Shown here: positions 10,694-22,088 of the stretch, piece by piece
Layout of the letters: each line of letters opens with the position of its first letter
Position numbering within the stretch: the first letter of the stretch is position 1
Source: Chlorokybus atmophyticus
Lineage: Eukaryota > Plantae > Mesostigma and Chlorokybus algae
Direction of reading: 5' to 3'
NCBI GenBank assembly: GCA_009103225.1
Contig: RHPI01003642.1
Span: 331,116 to 395,115, forward strand
Length of the DNA stretch: 64,000 bases
Program-made: the position numbers and the translations under genes
The notes under the pieces: model-generated
Told to the model about the DNA's origin: nothing
Database searches by the model: none
Seen by the model: the letters and a program-made list of their open reading frames with translations, nothing else

Positions 10694-11706
10694 TGTAACG
10701 ATACCACTCACTTACTTGCTGGGCGGCTTGGCGAACTTATGCACAAGGACTTACTACTGGAAGCCCTACCAGCGTCACTGGTGCAGTACCTTGCAGAGGA
10801 AGTCACAGCACCGCACCAAGGAAGGAGAGGATGACACCAACCTCTCTACTCAGCTCCCCACACACTCACACACCCAAGCACACCTCACACACATGTGCAA
10901 AGCTGCCACGGACATCACACCCCACATGGGATGAGAGGGAGAGCCCCTTGAACAACTAAACTAGGCACCCCACACACAAGAGTCGAGTATGCACATGCTG
11001 AGCTGCCTCAACACATGTTGAGGCCGTTCATATACTCTCTCTTTGCTGCTCTCCGACCTAGAACATCCAAGTCCAAGGCTACATGCCTTGTCATGGCTGC
11101 GTTGACCACAACTCATGTCTAGGGCTGCCACATCAGCCCTTGGACCTCTTTCAACGCCCAAGACTGATCACACATCAGCCTCGGACATTGTAAACGTCCC
11201 TAGGCTGGTCACATCAGCCTAGGACATCACACACATCATCCTTGGACGTTGTGAACGTCCTTGGCTGGTCACATCAGCCTAAAACATCATACTCATGCAT
11301 ACATATGCATCCTTATGCAAACATATGCGCGCATATGCACACATATGCGCATGCATGCATATACATGCATACATCTAGTACATACCTCTCATGCACGCAT
11401 ATGCACTCATATGCGTACATGTGCAACACATATGCAAACACATGCATACGCATGCGGACATATGCACACATATGTCTCTGTACATCACATGATGTCTCAT
11501 CGGCTATGATCAGCCCTGTGCTTGCCATCATGCCTTGTGTAGTTCATCACGCTCAAGGCCGCACAGGCTGTAGAGCAGACCTACATGAGAGCACACCCAC
11601 AAGCACTACACACGCTTGCGTAGTGTGGGTCCCCACTTAGTCTCATCTTACTTACCACATAAATAAGGGACAGAGAATGACTTTTGCCTGCCCTGTGGGC
11701 GTGACA
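10694..11706 (-). repeat. 5' LTR of the gypsy element (1013 bp)
   Basis: Direct repeat of 4733-5744. Contains a CA/TA-rich catatgca low-complexity tract. Confidence 0.97.
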
Positions 11707-12528
11707 CGAGGTGCTGATTATGATGCAATGTGATATGCTTGTATTGTGCAGCACTTACCCATGGTTGGCTGGTTACTGTCCACGAAGCGCAGCAGCTGCA
11801 TTAGCGGCTCTAGTGCTGGCACACATACTCCCACCTTCTTTTTAAACTGAGTAGACAACACCACCTCGCGTGCCAGCGCAGCTCCCTCACGATGCTTGCC
11901 GCGACGAGCCCATGCAGCCCACTCATCATCAATTTGGTTTTCTCCAAGTTGCTCCTTATGTCCGACACTCTTTGCAGCATGATAAATGCGGTGGCAAAGC
12001 GCGTTTCTGCTGGCATCAACAATGTGCGATTGGTCTTCGTTCTGCGCTCATATTGTATGATGTTGGGCACAACCTATGACATGCGGTAATTCCAACAACT
12101 TAGCAACAACATACACGTCACAATGCTTGCCTTAACAGAGCCAGACTTTTGTGGTGATTGGATATGATGTCACCAAGTGCCACCGGTAGAAATGGCCCCC
12201 CAACACTTCGGCCTTGCCATTAACTTAATTGGAGATCCAGCTATAACTTAATTGGGGATCCATATGTAAGCAGCGTATCGATTTTTGCAGCTTTCCCTGC
12301 TGCAGCCACAACTTGGTTTGGTAATTATAAGCCATTAAGGTCAACTTGTTGGTGTGCAATAAGTTCGGTATTTGTCTTTTCTTGAACTAAATAATAGCCT
12401 CATCATGTACTATTTTTTGGTTGGATCATGTCTTAACACTACGCTGGCAATTGTACTCTTTTGAGTACTTGTACTCTTTCGTATACCAAAAATCGGACTT
12501 TTTTGGCCGCGGATTACCTTATAAGTTA

Positions 12529-15512
12529 CAGTCTGCCCTCGATATAAGAGCCACGTTCGGACAGCACCAAGCTGCTCTTATATCAAGGTGCTCTTATATC
12601 AAGGTGCTCTTAACTCGTAAGAGCAATTGGCCTATTTTGCTCCTATATTGAGGGTCAGGCCAAAACACACCAATCTGTTCCGTTTTGCATTGTCTAACGT
12701 GGAGTAGCTCAAGTTCAACATCGTGACGTAAAACATCACATTGTGATGCAATACAAACAACATTTGCACCCAAAACTCAACACGCATAGTGAATTCATGT
12801 GTGTGCACATGCGCGCAAGTGCGAGAAATTGGGTTGCTCAATTATGGGCGTGTTGCAAAAAACTCACGAATGTCTGCTTGCTGCCTACGACTAATATTGG
12901 CAACAACTAACTTTGTCACTCTATCTATAAAACGTTGCACCCAAAGTGCATCTTGTGGTGAGAACACATCTTGGTTGTCCGCAATGAACACTCTCACTCC
13001 GGTAGCAAATTGCACTGCATCAGACATAGCAACAAGGGCAGGTGGGATCTCATCCACGTCCTCCTCCTCATTTTCTTCTCAAGCTTCTCCACCACCTGCT
13101 TTGGTGCAACCATAGCCACCATTCTTCCACAGTGAGTTTGGCCTCAACATTGCGTTCTGCGACCAGGTCGACATAATCCTCCACATCCATGGCGTTGTCT
13201 CCAAGCTGCAAATCTGCTATCAAAGAAGACAACTCCTGCACATCATCAGTCCATGCGCTTGTGCGCGCACTCGCTCGTTGTCGTTGCGGCTATCAGCTTG
13301 CCATGAGACAGGAAGGATGTTGGCCTTGCAAAAGCAGTTGCGTATGATGGAAGCCCCATTGTCGATCAGATGTCAACGGACCAGAACAGAGCTTGTTTGA
13401 CGTTGACCTTAATGTTCTTCAGCTTCACACCTAGTTTGAATCCCAACCTTCAACAATGACGCAAGCAAAGCTACGATGACGTTGAGAATGAACCTAACAA
13501 GTTGTGACCATTTGCATACCTGGGTTTTGCTCCATCATCAGCAACAAACATGCCACCAGCTTCTTCTTGTAACGCAACTTGAAAGAAGCGATGATGCCCT
13601 AGTCCATTGGCTGCACGTGAGAGGTAGTGTTGGCAGGAAAGAAAACAATGGTGACATGGGATAGCTTGATGATGTCCAGACCATGCAGCTTTTCCCGCTT
13701 AACACCGGGCACATCGTGACTGGAGGCGTTGTTCATCAACACCACAATCTTTCTGTCTGCAATTCTCATGTCCCTATTCACCCCTTGGCTCTAATGCACA
13801 AACACTTTGGTGGTCATCCACGCTGTTGGGTTGCTGTACCAATGTACAAAGTTTTCGGGCTTGAAGCCTTTGAGAAAACAATGAGGCTTTGCGCTCTTGT
13901 TGACAATCACTAGCCTCAATTTGTTGCTGCCATCCGCGTTGGCAGCAAATGCAAATGTTATGCGCTCTTTGGCCTTCTTGCGTCCACGCACATGCTCGGA
14001 CTCTACCGCGAGAGTCTTATCGGGCGCTATGATCATGCGTCCGCCTTCGTCAAAGTTGTAGGTTGTGGCAGGTGTTGCTTCAAGTGCTTCAGAAACAAGA
14101 GGCACCTTTTGCCTCGCCGCGCTGACACCCTCCATGTCCGCATCTGCAGCCTCTCCATGCATCATCTTGCATGAGATGTTGTATCTGCAACAGAATTTTG
14201 CAGTCATGCAAATGCACGCAATGCACATGCAACTCTACAAGCGCGATGCCTGAGTTTGTAGTTGCTGAGCCAGCCATTTGCTTGAAAGCTTTTAAGTCTG
14301 CCTCTGGTATTTTCATGTGGTCGCGAATCTTCTTTGCTTGAATCTTCACCATCTCATCTGAGATAGGTAACTCCTGCACGCGCGCCTGCACGGTGTAAAA
14401 ACCAAACTTACATATAATGTTGCTATCACAGTGCATGACAGACAACAAACCACGCAATGCACAACTCACTGCTTGAACCATGTGTACACCGCCTCTTCCA
14501 ACAGCACATGTGCTGCCTGACGATGACTTTTTCTTTTTGCTGCATGCTTATTATGCTCATCAATATGTAGCCATTGCTCTGCCTGTTGTAAGATTTTTGA
14601 CAGCGTCTGCCGCTTCACATCCTTTTTCAATTGCTTCTTCACCTCCAGTACCAGCTGATCGTGAGTCAACTCTTCATGCTTTTGCCTCAGTTCACATATC
14701 TGCTTCTTCTCAAGATCGGTGAGATGCACACGGCTATTTATGGGTGATCGCATGTCTGCAGTTGTGTTGGCACCCAGAGTTTGACAATGGCGTGCACTAC
14801 GTTCATGAGGAATGCGCACAACACAACTAATTGCAATGCACAATGCACAAACATACGCCCACTTGAGTAGTGGGCATGTGCAGTTGGAGAAGTGAATGTT
14901 GAAACAGTCACATAAGGCTACCAAATACACCTACACGTCGTCTAAGTAATGGCAAGCTGTCTTCGCACGTAGAAACATGTATGTAGTTTTTTGGCATGCA
15001 CGTCGTAGCCCGTGCACTTGTAACTAGCACACAACAGAAGCATCAATGACTGACTTAGCGCCTTAGGCCAGATTTACGTGACCAGGACCACAAAGCACAA
15101 AGCTCCCAAGCATTGACCGCACACACTGTGACCATTGCACCTGTATCAGTCGCCTCTGCGCCGCCCTCCTGCTTCTCTTAAACCTGCACCGCCGCCGCCG
15201 CCTGCAGGCGGCCTGTTTGTTGCAGTAGGCAAACAGTCGGCGGACATCCTTGCTGACGCTGACGGTCTGCCGATTGTCAGCTTTGCTGTCAGCCGACTGC
15301 CGGCCTAAGCAGCGTCGCAGGAGTGCAGACAACCAATTCTAGTGGTCGCCGCCCTCGCTGTAAGAGCAATGGGCACTTATGACTGCTCTTATACCAAGTG
15401 CTATAGCTCTTATTCAGAGGGAGATTTGCCCCATGTACGTCCGGTTTGCAACGATGTGCTCTTAACACGAGGGATATGTCCAATCAAGGGCTCTTATATC
15501 GAGGGCAGACTG
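12529..15512 (-). mobile_element. pogo/Tigger-like Tc1/mariner transposon
   Basis: Perfect 24-bp TIR CAGTCTGCCCTCGATATAAGAGCC. TA TSD at 12527-12528 and 15513-15514. Subterminal ctcttata repeats. Confidence 0.96.
12842..14753 (-). pseudogene. pogo transposase (CENP-B-type HTH + HTH_Tnp_Tc5 + DDE_1), intron-containing and decayed
   Basis: RVHLTDLEKKQICEL, LEEAVYTWF, ISDEMVKIQAKK, YNFDEGG, KERIT, WMTTKVF and QPMD. The second catalytic Asp reads N (VLMNNASSH). Frameshifts present. Confidence 0.88.
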
Positions 15513-16269
15513 TATATCGAACAAGTATAGCAGTGCTTATATCAGTTTGTAGTACTACAACGGAAAACTATTTTCATGATTTTTTGTTACTTGTGCTAGA
15601 AGTTATAATCTTCACAAGTAGCATGTTGGCTGCACATTTCGCCGCCAACCCTTATGCTAAATGTGTGAGTCTCACGCGCGACTTTGGCAGGGAACTCGGC
15701 GGAACTCACAATTTTAGCGGCCGTCTGGCAATCGCGGCCTGCCGCAGTGCGGCGCAGTCAATAATTCACCGCGGTCAATTAGCTGAAAAACCGACCGCGG
15801 TTATTATTTTACTGGGTAGCTAACTGTATCGGCAGTCCTCCCAAATTTTCGTTTAATTTATTGTGGTCTTTATCAGTTAATATAACGCGCCCAAAATGCA
15901 GGCTAAATGTACTCATTTAAGTACAGTTACCGGCTAGGCTAGTGTTAAGGGGATCAATCTTTATGCGTGATCTAACCCAAAATACTATGGCCGCAGTTCG
16001 CGGCAAAAACCAAAAAAGGTGGATCGCAAGAGTTGCGGCTTTACCGCCGAGGTCAGAATCTGCGCGGACAAGCTTGTCGGATTAGCAAGCAACCTACGAT
16101 CTAAACCATGACCAACTAGACTACGACACAAGACACTCTGCACCGCGTTTGTATTCAATATATGCTTTACAGCGGCTGCCTCAATTGTCTCACATGCCGC
16201 AAGAAGTGTAAGATGGATGTATGCATGTATCATGCAACGCATGCACCAGCAGCTGCATACACTATTTGT

Positions 16270-16390
16270 ATAAGTATATATATATACACATATACATATA
16301 CACGGCTATCGATATTAATGTGTAAAAGCTGCATAGAGTATGCACACACACATACGTATCGATATATATATGTATATATATATATATTTA
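16270..16390. repeat. (TA)/(CA)-rich microsatellite region
   Basis: gtatatatatatacacatatacatatac and gatatatatatgtatatatatatatatttat. Confidence 0.85.
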
Positions 16391-18693
16391 TTTACGGCAA
16401 TCGGTAATTTTGTTCATAAAACATCATTGTGAAGGACATTACGAAACCATGGGTGACTTGAGGATGAATGTGTTAAGCCTGCCGTCCCGTCCAATCGCAG
16501 CGCTTACTTACCGGCAGATGTTTGCATTGAAGTTCCCTGCATCACCTGTTTGGCAAGGTTGTTTGCGGTGAGTTGGGGAAGTGTTTAACTCAAATGCTAG
16601 TATTAATGATAATACATGCAAGTATCAGCCTTCTACATGTACTTGCTTGCCCCGCGGCCTGCTACTAGCATGCCGCGGGGTTGAACTTGGCAATGATGAG
16701 GTCATGAATCCATTAGGGTTTACAACAGTGCAAAGTAATAATCATATTACCCACCTTCTTAAGTATACATTCTCGTACTATTGACAGACCCAACCACAAC
16801 GTAAATGATGATGTGTATAGGTTTAGCATGCAGCGTCAATGCATTTCGTGTTGTCGCCGCGTCCTCAATTGCGATGGGGAGTATAATATTCGCATTGTTA
16901 ATGGTTTGGTTGCAACTGTACTCACGATTTACACAAACCTTTCTCACGACTTAAACCTGTAATTACGTCAACGCCGAATCCTCAAAGTTGTCAAAGATTC
17001 GGTGCTTCCGATTGTCACCGACGGATCGCCGTTTGTGACAGGTTGTACGATACGTCAGCTACAGTCGTCGTAACATATACTGATCCGCTGTGAAGTTTAT
17101 GGAATCCGCAATGTATGTCCGGCTCCGTCCATTACAAAGCTGCGGATCCAGCCCGACTTGCCGAAACCCATTTCTACCGGTGTGCTTGGCTTCTTTTGAT
17201 GACGATGGCAAAATACGCCGCGCAAAATGGCGGCCATCTTGCCTATGTCAGCCAACAACGAATTGATGCAATGCGCCGCGCATGCACCCCATGTGATGTG
17301 CTTGTTTCGGGTGGTGAGGATGGAGCCAGCAGCAACACAGACAATTGCACTATCAGTGACGACCTGCACTTCATGCTCAACTCCCACATGCATCATGACA
17401 TTCACTAACTTAACATACAATTGCATGCAATAGCTTCAAGCACACTAGCACAAACCAAAACATGCTTGCATGCACATTTCACTCACCTTGATAATGGCCG
17501 CTTTAATCTGTGCAGCCACATACTCGGCATCCTTAGTGCAGTCCTGCGTGTTGATTGCATCATGAAATACAGCGCCATCAGGCCATATTGCAGTACATTA
17601 AGCAATGGACAATTGTTCACATTAATCCATCCATCGCTGGTGATAATACAACCAGTCCGAGCCACGTTAGTGCGAAACTTTGCTAGCTAACCATCCACAT
17701 TTGCTTTCTCGTTGTAAAGTAGCTTTGTGCGCAACTTCTAATACATGGGTGGTGTATATGTTGGACCTTATCGTGCTGCAGACTTCAACGCTCTTTAAAG
17801 TGCTTGCTAAGTGACAGATTGAAAGGCAAACCGTCTGCAAAAAACATGCGCGCCACATCGGCATCTACTTGTGCCTTTTCTCTAAGATTGAATGATTCAA
17901 TGATGGGCGCACGCTGAGTGTAATTGTTGCCACTCCCTGCTTCGTCACTCAAGTCGATAAATGTGCTGTTATTGACCATAGCAGAGTGTGCACGTTTCTT
18001 CCTAATTGCACAGATTCATGTGCTGAAGCTTGTTTAATCTTCTTGAAATGAGCCCTTATCTCATCAGGTACGAGCAGCTACCCCAACACCAAGTTTTCCT
18101 GCTAGATGTGCCCTAATGCGTGTGGCCCCCCCAACAAAGACCTTCTTGCAGTGCATGCATTCGACTCTTTGCTGGTTGGGGTTTAAGCAGCTTGCTGTGT
18201 TGAGCAATCTCATATGTTTCCACTCCTCTGACTTGTTGCTCGCCATGGCCTACAACATCAGAATGACATACCTCATTACCATGCCAAGTGCAGCATTCAT
18301 TTATCGTTGATTACAATGCATGTATGTGATAGCAGTCACAAACAACAAGCAGTCACTTACAACGCTACCAACATGTTGCGGATAAGTGCAGTCGCACACA
18401 TGATGGCCCACCTACCCTGTAGTAAGCCCTTTACTCCTATTCTTGATGCGTCTCCTCCTCCTCCTCCTCTTCCGCCGCCGCCGCAGGCCTAGGCGCAGAG
18501 CCGAAACAATGTCAAGAACCTTGAAACCGGCGGGAAAACACGAAACTCTTTGGAATATAATGAGAACATGTATACATAAAATCAAACCCTTACTGCGCGC
18601 ATTTGGGCGCATGTAATGCATTTAGCGTTGAGTACGGTATATTACTCGTATTGAAATCTAACGGGCGGCACATTGTACAACGAGGGGTGTGAT

Positions 18694-20928
18694 GCGCGCT
18701 TGACCAGGATCCCATCATAGGCTGGCTACCCTCTTGTTGTAGACTTTGGTGCACGTGCCCGTGTCCTTGGTTTGGAACACCTGCAAGTCCAGAAATGGCA
18801 CAGCCACCCTCGCTGCTGACAGGGTGACCGTCAACATGTCATGCAGGTAGATACCACATGCAAGTGCTGTCGGTGACAAGTACAGGGCATTCTGCACTTC
18901 CTCTAACCCCGCCACAAACAAGTCATACACATAGCGCACAATGCAATTGGCAAAACACAACAATAAAGCGGGGTCCCAAAGCCTTCAACCGAGTGATGAA
19001 GTCCAGCTCATATGTGAATATGGTGTTGTTTGCCAAGTACACCCCCGCATTGTTTTCCGTAGGGATTTCAATGTGCTGCCTGTACACCCCAGCTGCTGAA
19101 ATCTGTACATATAGATCAGCTAGTGACAATGGCAACAATGCATGCAACTGCGGAGCATTGAAAGCCTTTCAACTGAGTACGAGTGCTTCCCTCCAAGGTT
19201 GTCACCGTTCCACCACATACCCACTTGTGGGTCGTTTCGTCTTTTTGAACCGTGATATGTAAATGTATTGCTCTGTGCACCGCATGCATCTAGGCGAATA
19301 CCTTGTCCACCAAGCCACACATTCTCTGCCACAGGTCTGATTGGTGGTGAAGTTCCATGTTTGCAATGGCAGAGGCTACTCCTTTTGTATTGTTGTTCTC
19401 GTTGTGTTGACGTACTGCTTCAACCGGCTGAAAGCAAGGGAAACTTAAATGATTCAGCTGTGCCTTGCATATGGCATCCCCACAGCGTCTTGCCACAGCA
19501 TGTCCACCACATCCTCCATTGCTTTGTATGCTATCATCAGGCACATGCTAGCTTCAGTCAGCGAAGTGTTGAATGCAACAGCAATGAAGCGCGGGGCTGG
19601 GGGCAACTTGTGCATCTTAATGGTCAGGTACATGTGTGGGATACGTTTCGTGCTACCAGCTGGTGCTGTCAAGAAGTCATGTTGCTGATTGAACGCCCTA
19701 TGGCTCCACAAAAAGGCATGCATGCTGTCACTCTGATGTTCGTAAGTGTCAGTTAACAGTTCTGCACGCAAGCACGCCAAGTAGTATGCTCTGCAAACAA
19801 TCACCAAACTCCCATACTTATCCTCTTTTATGATAATGAAGTGGTTGTGTAGCAGCTTGATGTTGGCATTGGCCACGGCATCCAGTTTATAACTGGTCAG
19901 GTCAATGGGTGGCATTAAGTGCCTGCGCATGGCGTATGCGACATCACCTCCTTGACGACAGGTTGTACCCACTCCTGCAAGACACCTGGCTGGTTGTGTC
20001 GTCGTTGCTGCACCTCTGCATACTCGTACATGCTCTTGATTATCGCTGGTATGCAGACTGCATTATATGGTTCAGGCATGCCTGCAAGCACATCACATTT
20101 GCTGCAATATTTAGGGAAGCACATGTTATCAACAACTAAGTTTTGGAACGCCATGGTAGAGGGTAAGAATCTGTCACTTTCACCAGCACCCCCTTGATAG
20201 CTCTCGCTTCTGCTGGCACTAAGCCCAATTCCTCAGCGTTGGTCTTTCTTAAGAGGTTCAGCATCTTCCATAGGTTCCTGAGCTTGTATTTGTGCAAGTG
20301 AGAGATGTAAAACCTTCTAGCAAACATCTCATCTTGTATAAAATGCAAGCAGCGTGCATAATTTCTGTAGGCAAAGATACGCACCAAGACATAATCCGGA
20401 ACCACCACATGGGGACGCAGCTGACGACCACACAATACCACACCCATCTTAGCTTTGAGTATGCTGGCGAGAGCTGCGTGCGCCCCTGGTTTCTTGATTG
20501 AAGCCCTTGGGCGCATGCGTCTGAAATGTCACAATCCACTTGCGCTCTTTGCCCCTCACCACCGTTTGCCAATGCCGCAGTTTCAGCCAACGGGATATGC
20601 TCAACGGGCAAGATTCCCCAGTTGGCCACCCCACGTTTTTGCATGTCCTTCTCTAGCGGAGTTGTATTTGCCGCTCTGCGTGCTGTGCATGCTGTTTGAA
20701 ACGCTCAAATGCGGTATCGGAGGTTAGTCCCACATAGTATTTGCGTGTGCCAGTTGAAGGATACATCACACAGATGACATGTGTTGCATCAGCAGGGTGC
20801 AATGCATTGCGCAATCCCAACAGAGCACGGCGTATCTCACGGATTTTTTACAGCACTGGCAGGGGTTGAACCGTAGTGGATGTGCTTGATGTGCGCCTTC
20901 TCCTGCACCCAGTGAGCCGCCCTCTCAT
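18694..20928 (-). pseudogene. Penelope-like ORF: N-terminal GIY-YIG endonuclease followed by RT
   Basis: HVICVMY...RKYYVGLTSDTAFERFKQH...KERKWIVTFQTHAPKGFN. Then IKEDK, MYLTIKMHKLPPAPRFI, YRQHIEIPTENNAGVYLAN, RYVYDLF (catalytic DD altered) and PFLDLQV...TKVYNKR. Multiple frameshifts. Confidence 0.82.
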
Positions 20929-21226
20929 CTCTGCGTGAAGAGGAAGAGGACGCCTGCGATTGTTGAGAGGCGACGACAACATCTTCGTCCTCCATTCGCT
21001 CTGGCTGCAATGCAGACTACGTGCAAATGCTTGGCGACCCACTCTACAGACAATGACCCTGAACACCAACCGCACTTAAAAACACAAGGCAACGGCAGTG
21101 ATAAGCAACTGCGGAAAAGCATATGTTTGCTCAAGGGGATTGGCCCAGGAGCGGCACCGGGCTATGGGAGCAGACCACCAACCCGAAGGCATGGGCCAGG
21201 CTTACAACCAGGATCCCAGGCAAAAA

Positions 21227-21720
21227 GCATAGCGATACAACTGATGAATGTTGAGAACAGCAGGGGCCAGGTAGGAGCACACAGCAATTTGCATTACATG
21301 ACAACAAGCAACCAACCAACAATCAACCACACCATACAGCAGCACACCTAGCACAAACTGGGTGGGGGCCCGCTAAGCTTAGCTAAGTGAGCTATTGCTG
21401 GACCAGAGGGAGCAGGGGTGAGGTGGGCAAGGGAGGGGGGAAAAGCAATGGCACGGGTAGTAGGTCACCTGCGAACACCACGAGGAAAGATGTCAGTGAT
21501 GCCCACGCCACCAGCAGCATTCACGACTCGACTCCTATGACCCCAAGGGTTTCACCGCCTCTGCCTTTATAGCCCTGCGCAGCTTACAACGGTGCTTAGC
21601 CACCATTTGCACCGTGCACAATTGCAGTGTTTTGCACAGCAGGGCATTCTCACAGTTTGCAGTACAGCAGGATAAGATAGCAGCACGACCAGACTTGCAT
21701 TTTGGTTGCATATTCCCCGC
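21227..21720 (-). repeat. Upstream pseudo-LTR of the Penelope-like element, with a TATAAA-like promoter motif on the - strand
   Basis: Direct repeat of 2844-3340. The - strand reads gggcTATAAAggcagagg in this copy and gggtTATAAAggcagagg in the other. Confidence 0.85.
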
Positions 21721-22088
21721 AATGCATGCTGGCACAGCAGCATACCCCTTGTTTACAGAATATGCACATGATGTATGCAACATGTAAATTTGCTGTCAAT
21801 GCCAAGCAGTAGTATGCTGCGTGCTGGACTGAATGTGAAAAGGGGCAGGCTAGTAGTAGCTTAGTGGTGTAGATAGCAATAGCACGGTGAAGGACTGTGT
21901 AAGGTGCGTTTTACTCACCTCTGGTACAGGGAAAGCAGAGTTATGTCAAATTTAGGACTATGCATGTATTGGCTGTGGTTCACACCCCATGCATGAAACA
22001 AGTGCAGCACTACTATCCCTTGTACACAAATAGAGTTTGTAAAGCCTAAAAAATTCTGCTTGCAAACCGCTGGTTGCCTTGCTCGCAC

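Larger units (their letters stand above)
4733..11706 (-). mobile_element. Ty3/gypsy LTR retrotransposon (chromovirus), full-length structure but frameshifted
   Basis: LTRs 4733-5744 and 10694-11706 (TG...CA). 5-bp TSD CGAGG at 4728-4732 and 11707-11711. PPT GGGGAGGAA next to the 3' LTR. Domain order PR-RT-RH-IN-chromodomain. Confidence 0.97.
12181..17182. mobile_element. Non-autonomous CACTA/EnSpm(CMC)-like element with CACCG termini
   Basis: Perfect 15-bp TIR CACCGGTAGAAATGG (12181-12195 and 17168-17182). 3-bp TSD TGC. Removing the element restores the hAT frame ...KEAKH|LVT.ISNHH. Confidence 0.88.
3981..18246 (-). pseudogene. hAT transposase in three pieces (17183-18246, 11760-12180, 3981-4683), with introns, stops and frameshifts
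   Basis: BED finger (WKH...CMHCKKVF.GGATRIRAHL), SDGW, VVTD, CAAHCINSLLADIGK, TRFATAFIMLQR and SACERAWSTYNHIHSKKRKRL motifs, in the expected order. Confidence 0.88.
3689..18685 (-). mobile_element. hAT DNA transposon (BED + DUF659 + hAT dimerisation domain) carrying nested insertions
   Basis: 15-bp TIRs CCTAGTTGTACAATG (3689-3703) and CATTGTACAACGAGG (18671-18685), one mismatch. Perfect 8-bp TSD GGTGTGAT at 3681-3688 and 18686-18693. Confidence 0.92.
2844..21720 (-). mobile_element. Penelope-like retroelement (N-terminal GIY-YIG plus RT; Naiad/Chlamys-type architecture), decayed and split by a hAT insertion
   Basis: Direct repeats (pLTRs) lie at ~2844-3340 and ~21227-21720. Between them are GIY-YIG motifs at 20490-20781 and PLE-type RT motifs at 18700-19900. 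The RT continues across the excised hAT into 3390-3688 (GILVKRAS|HPHSNIARTTKQGLVVSQCIRFMRIC). Confidence 0.85.

Noticed and set aside
15063-15332. Arg-rich extra ORF in pogo element 1
   Set aside because: Starts at TTG, derives from a GC-rich promoter-like stretch and has no recognisable motif.
1-21720. Fanzor/TnpB or other RNA-guided nuclease cargo in the DNA transposons
   Set aside because: No RuvC-like motifs or CxxC...DRDxNA signature in any translated segment I examined.
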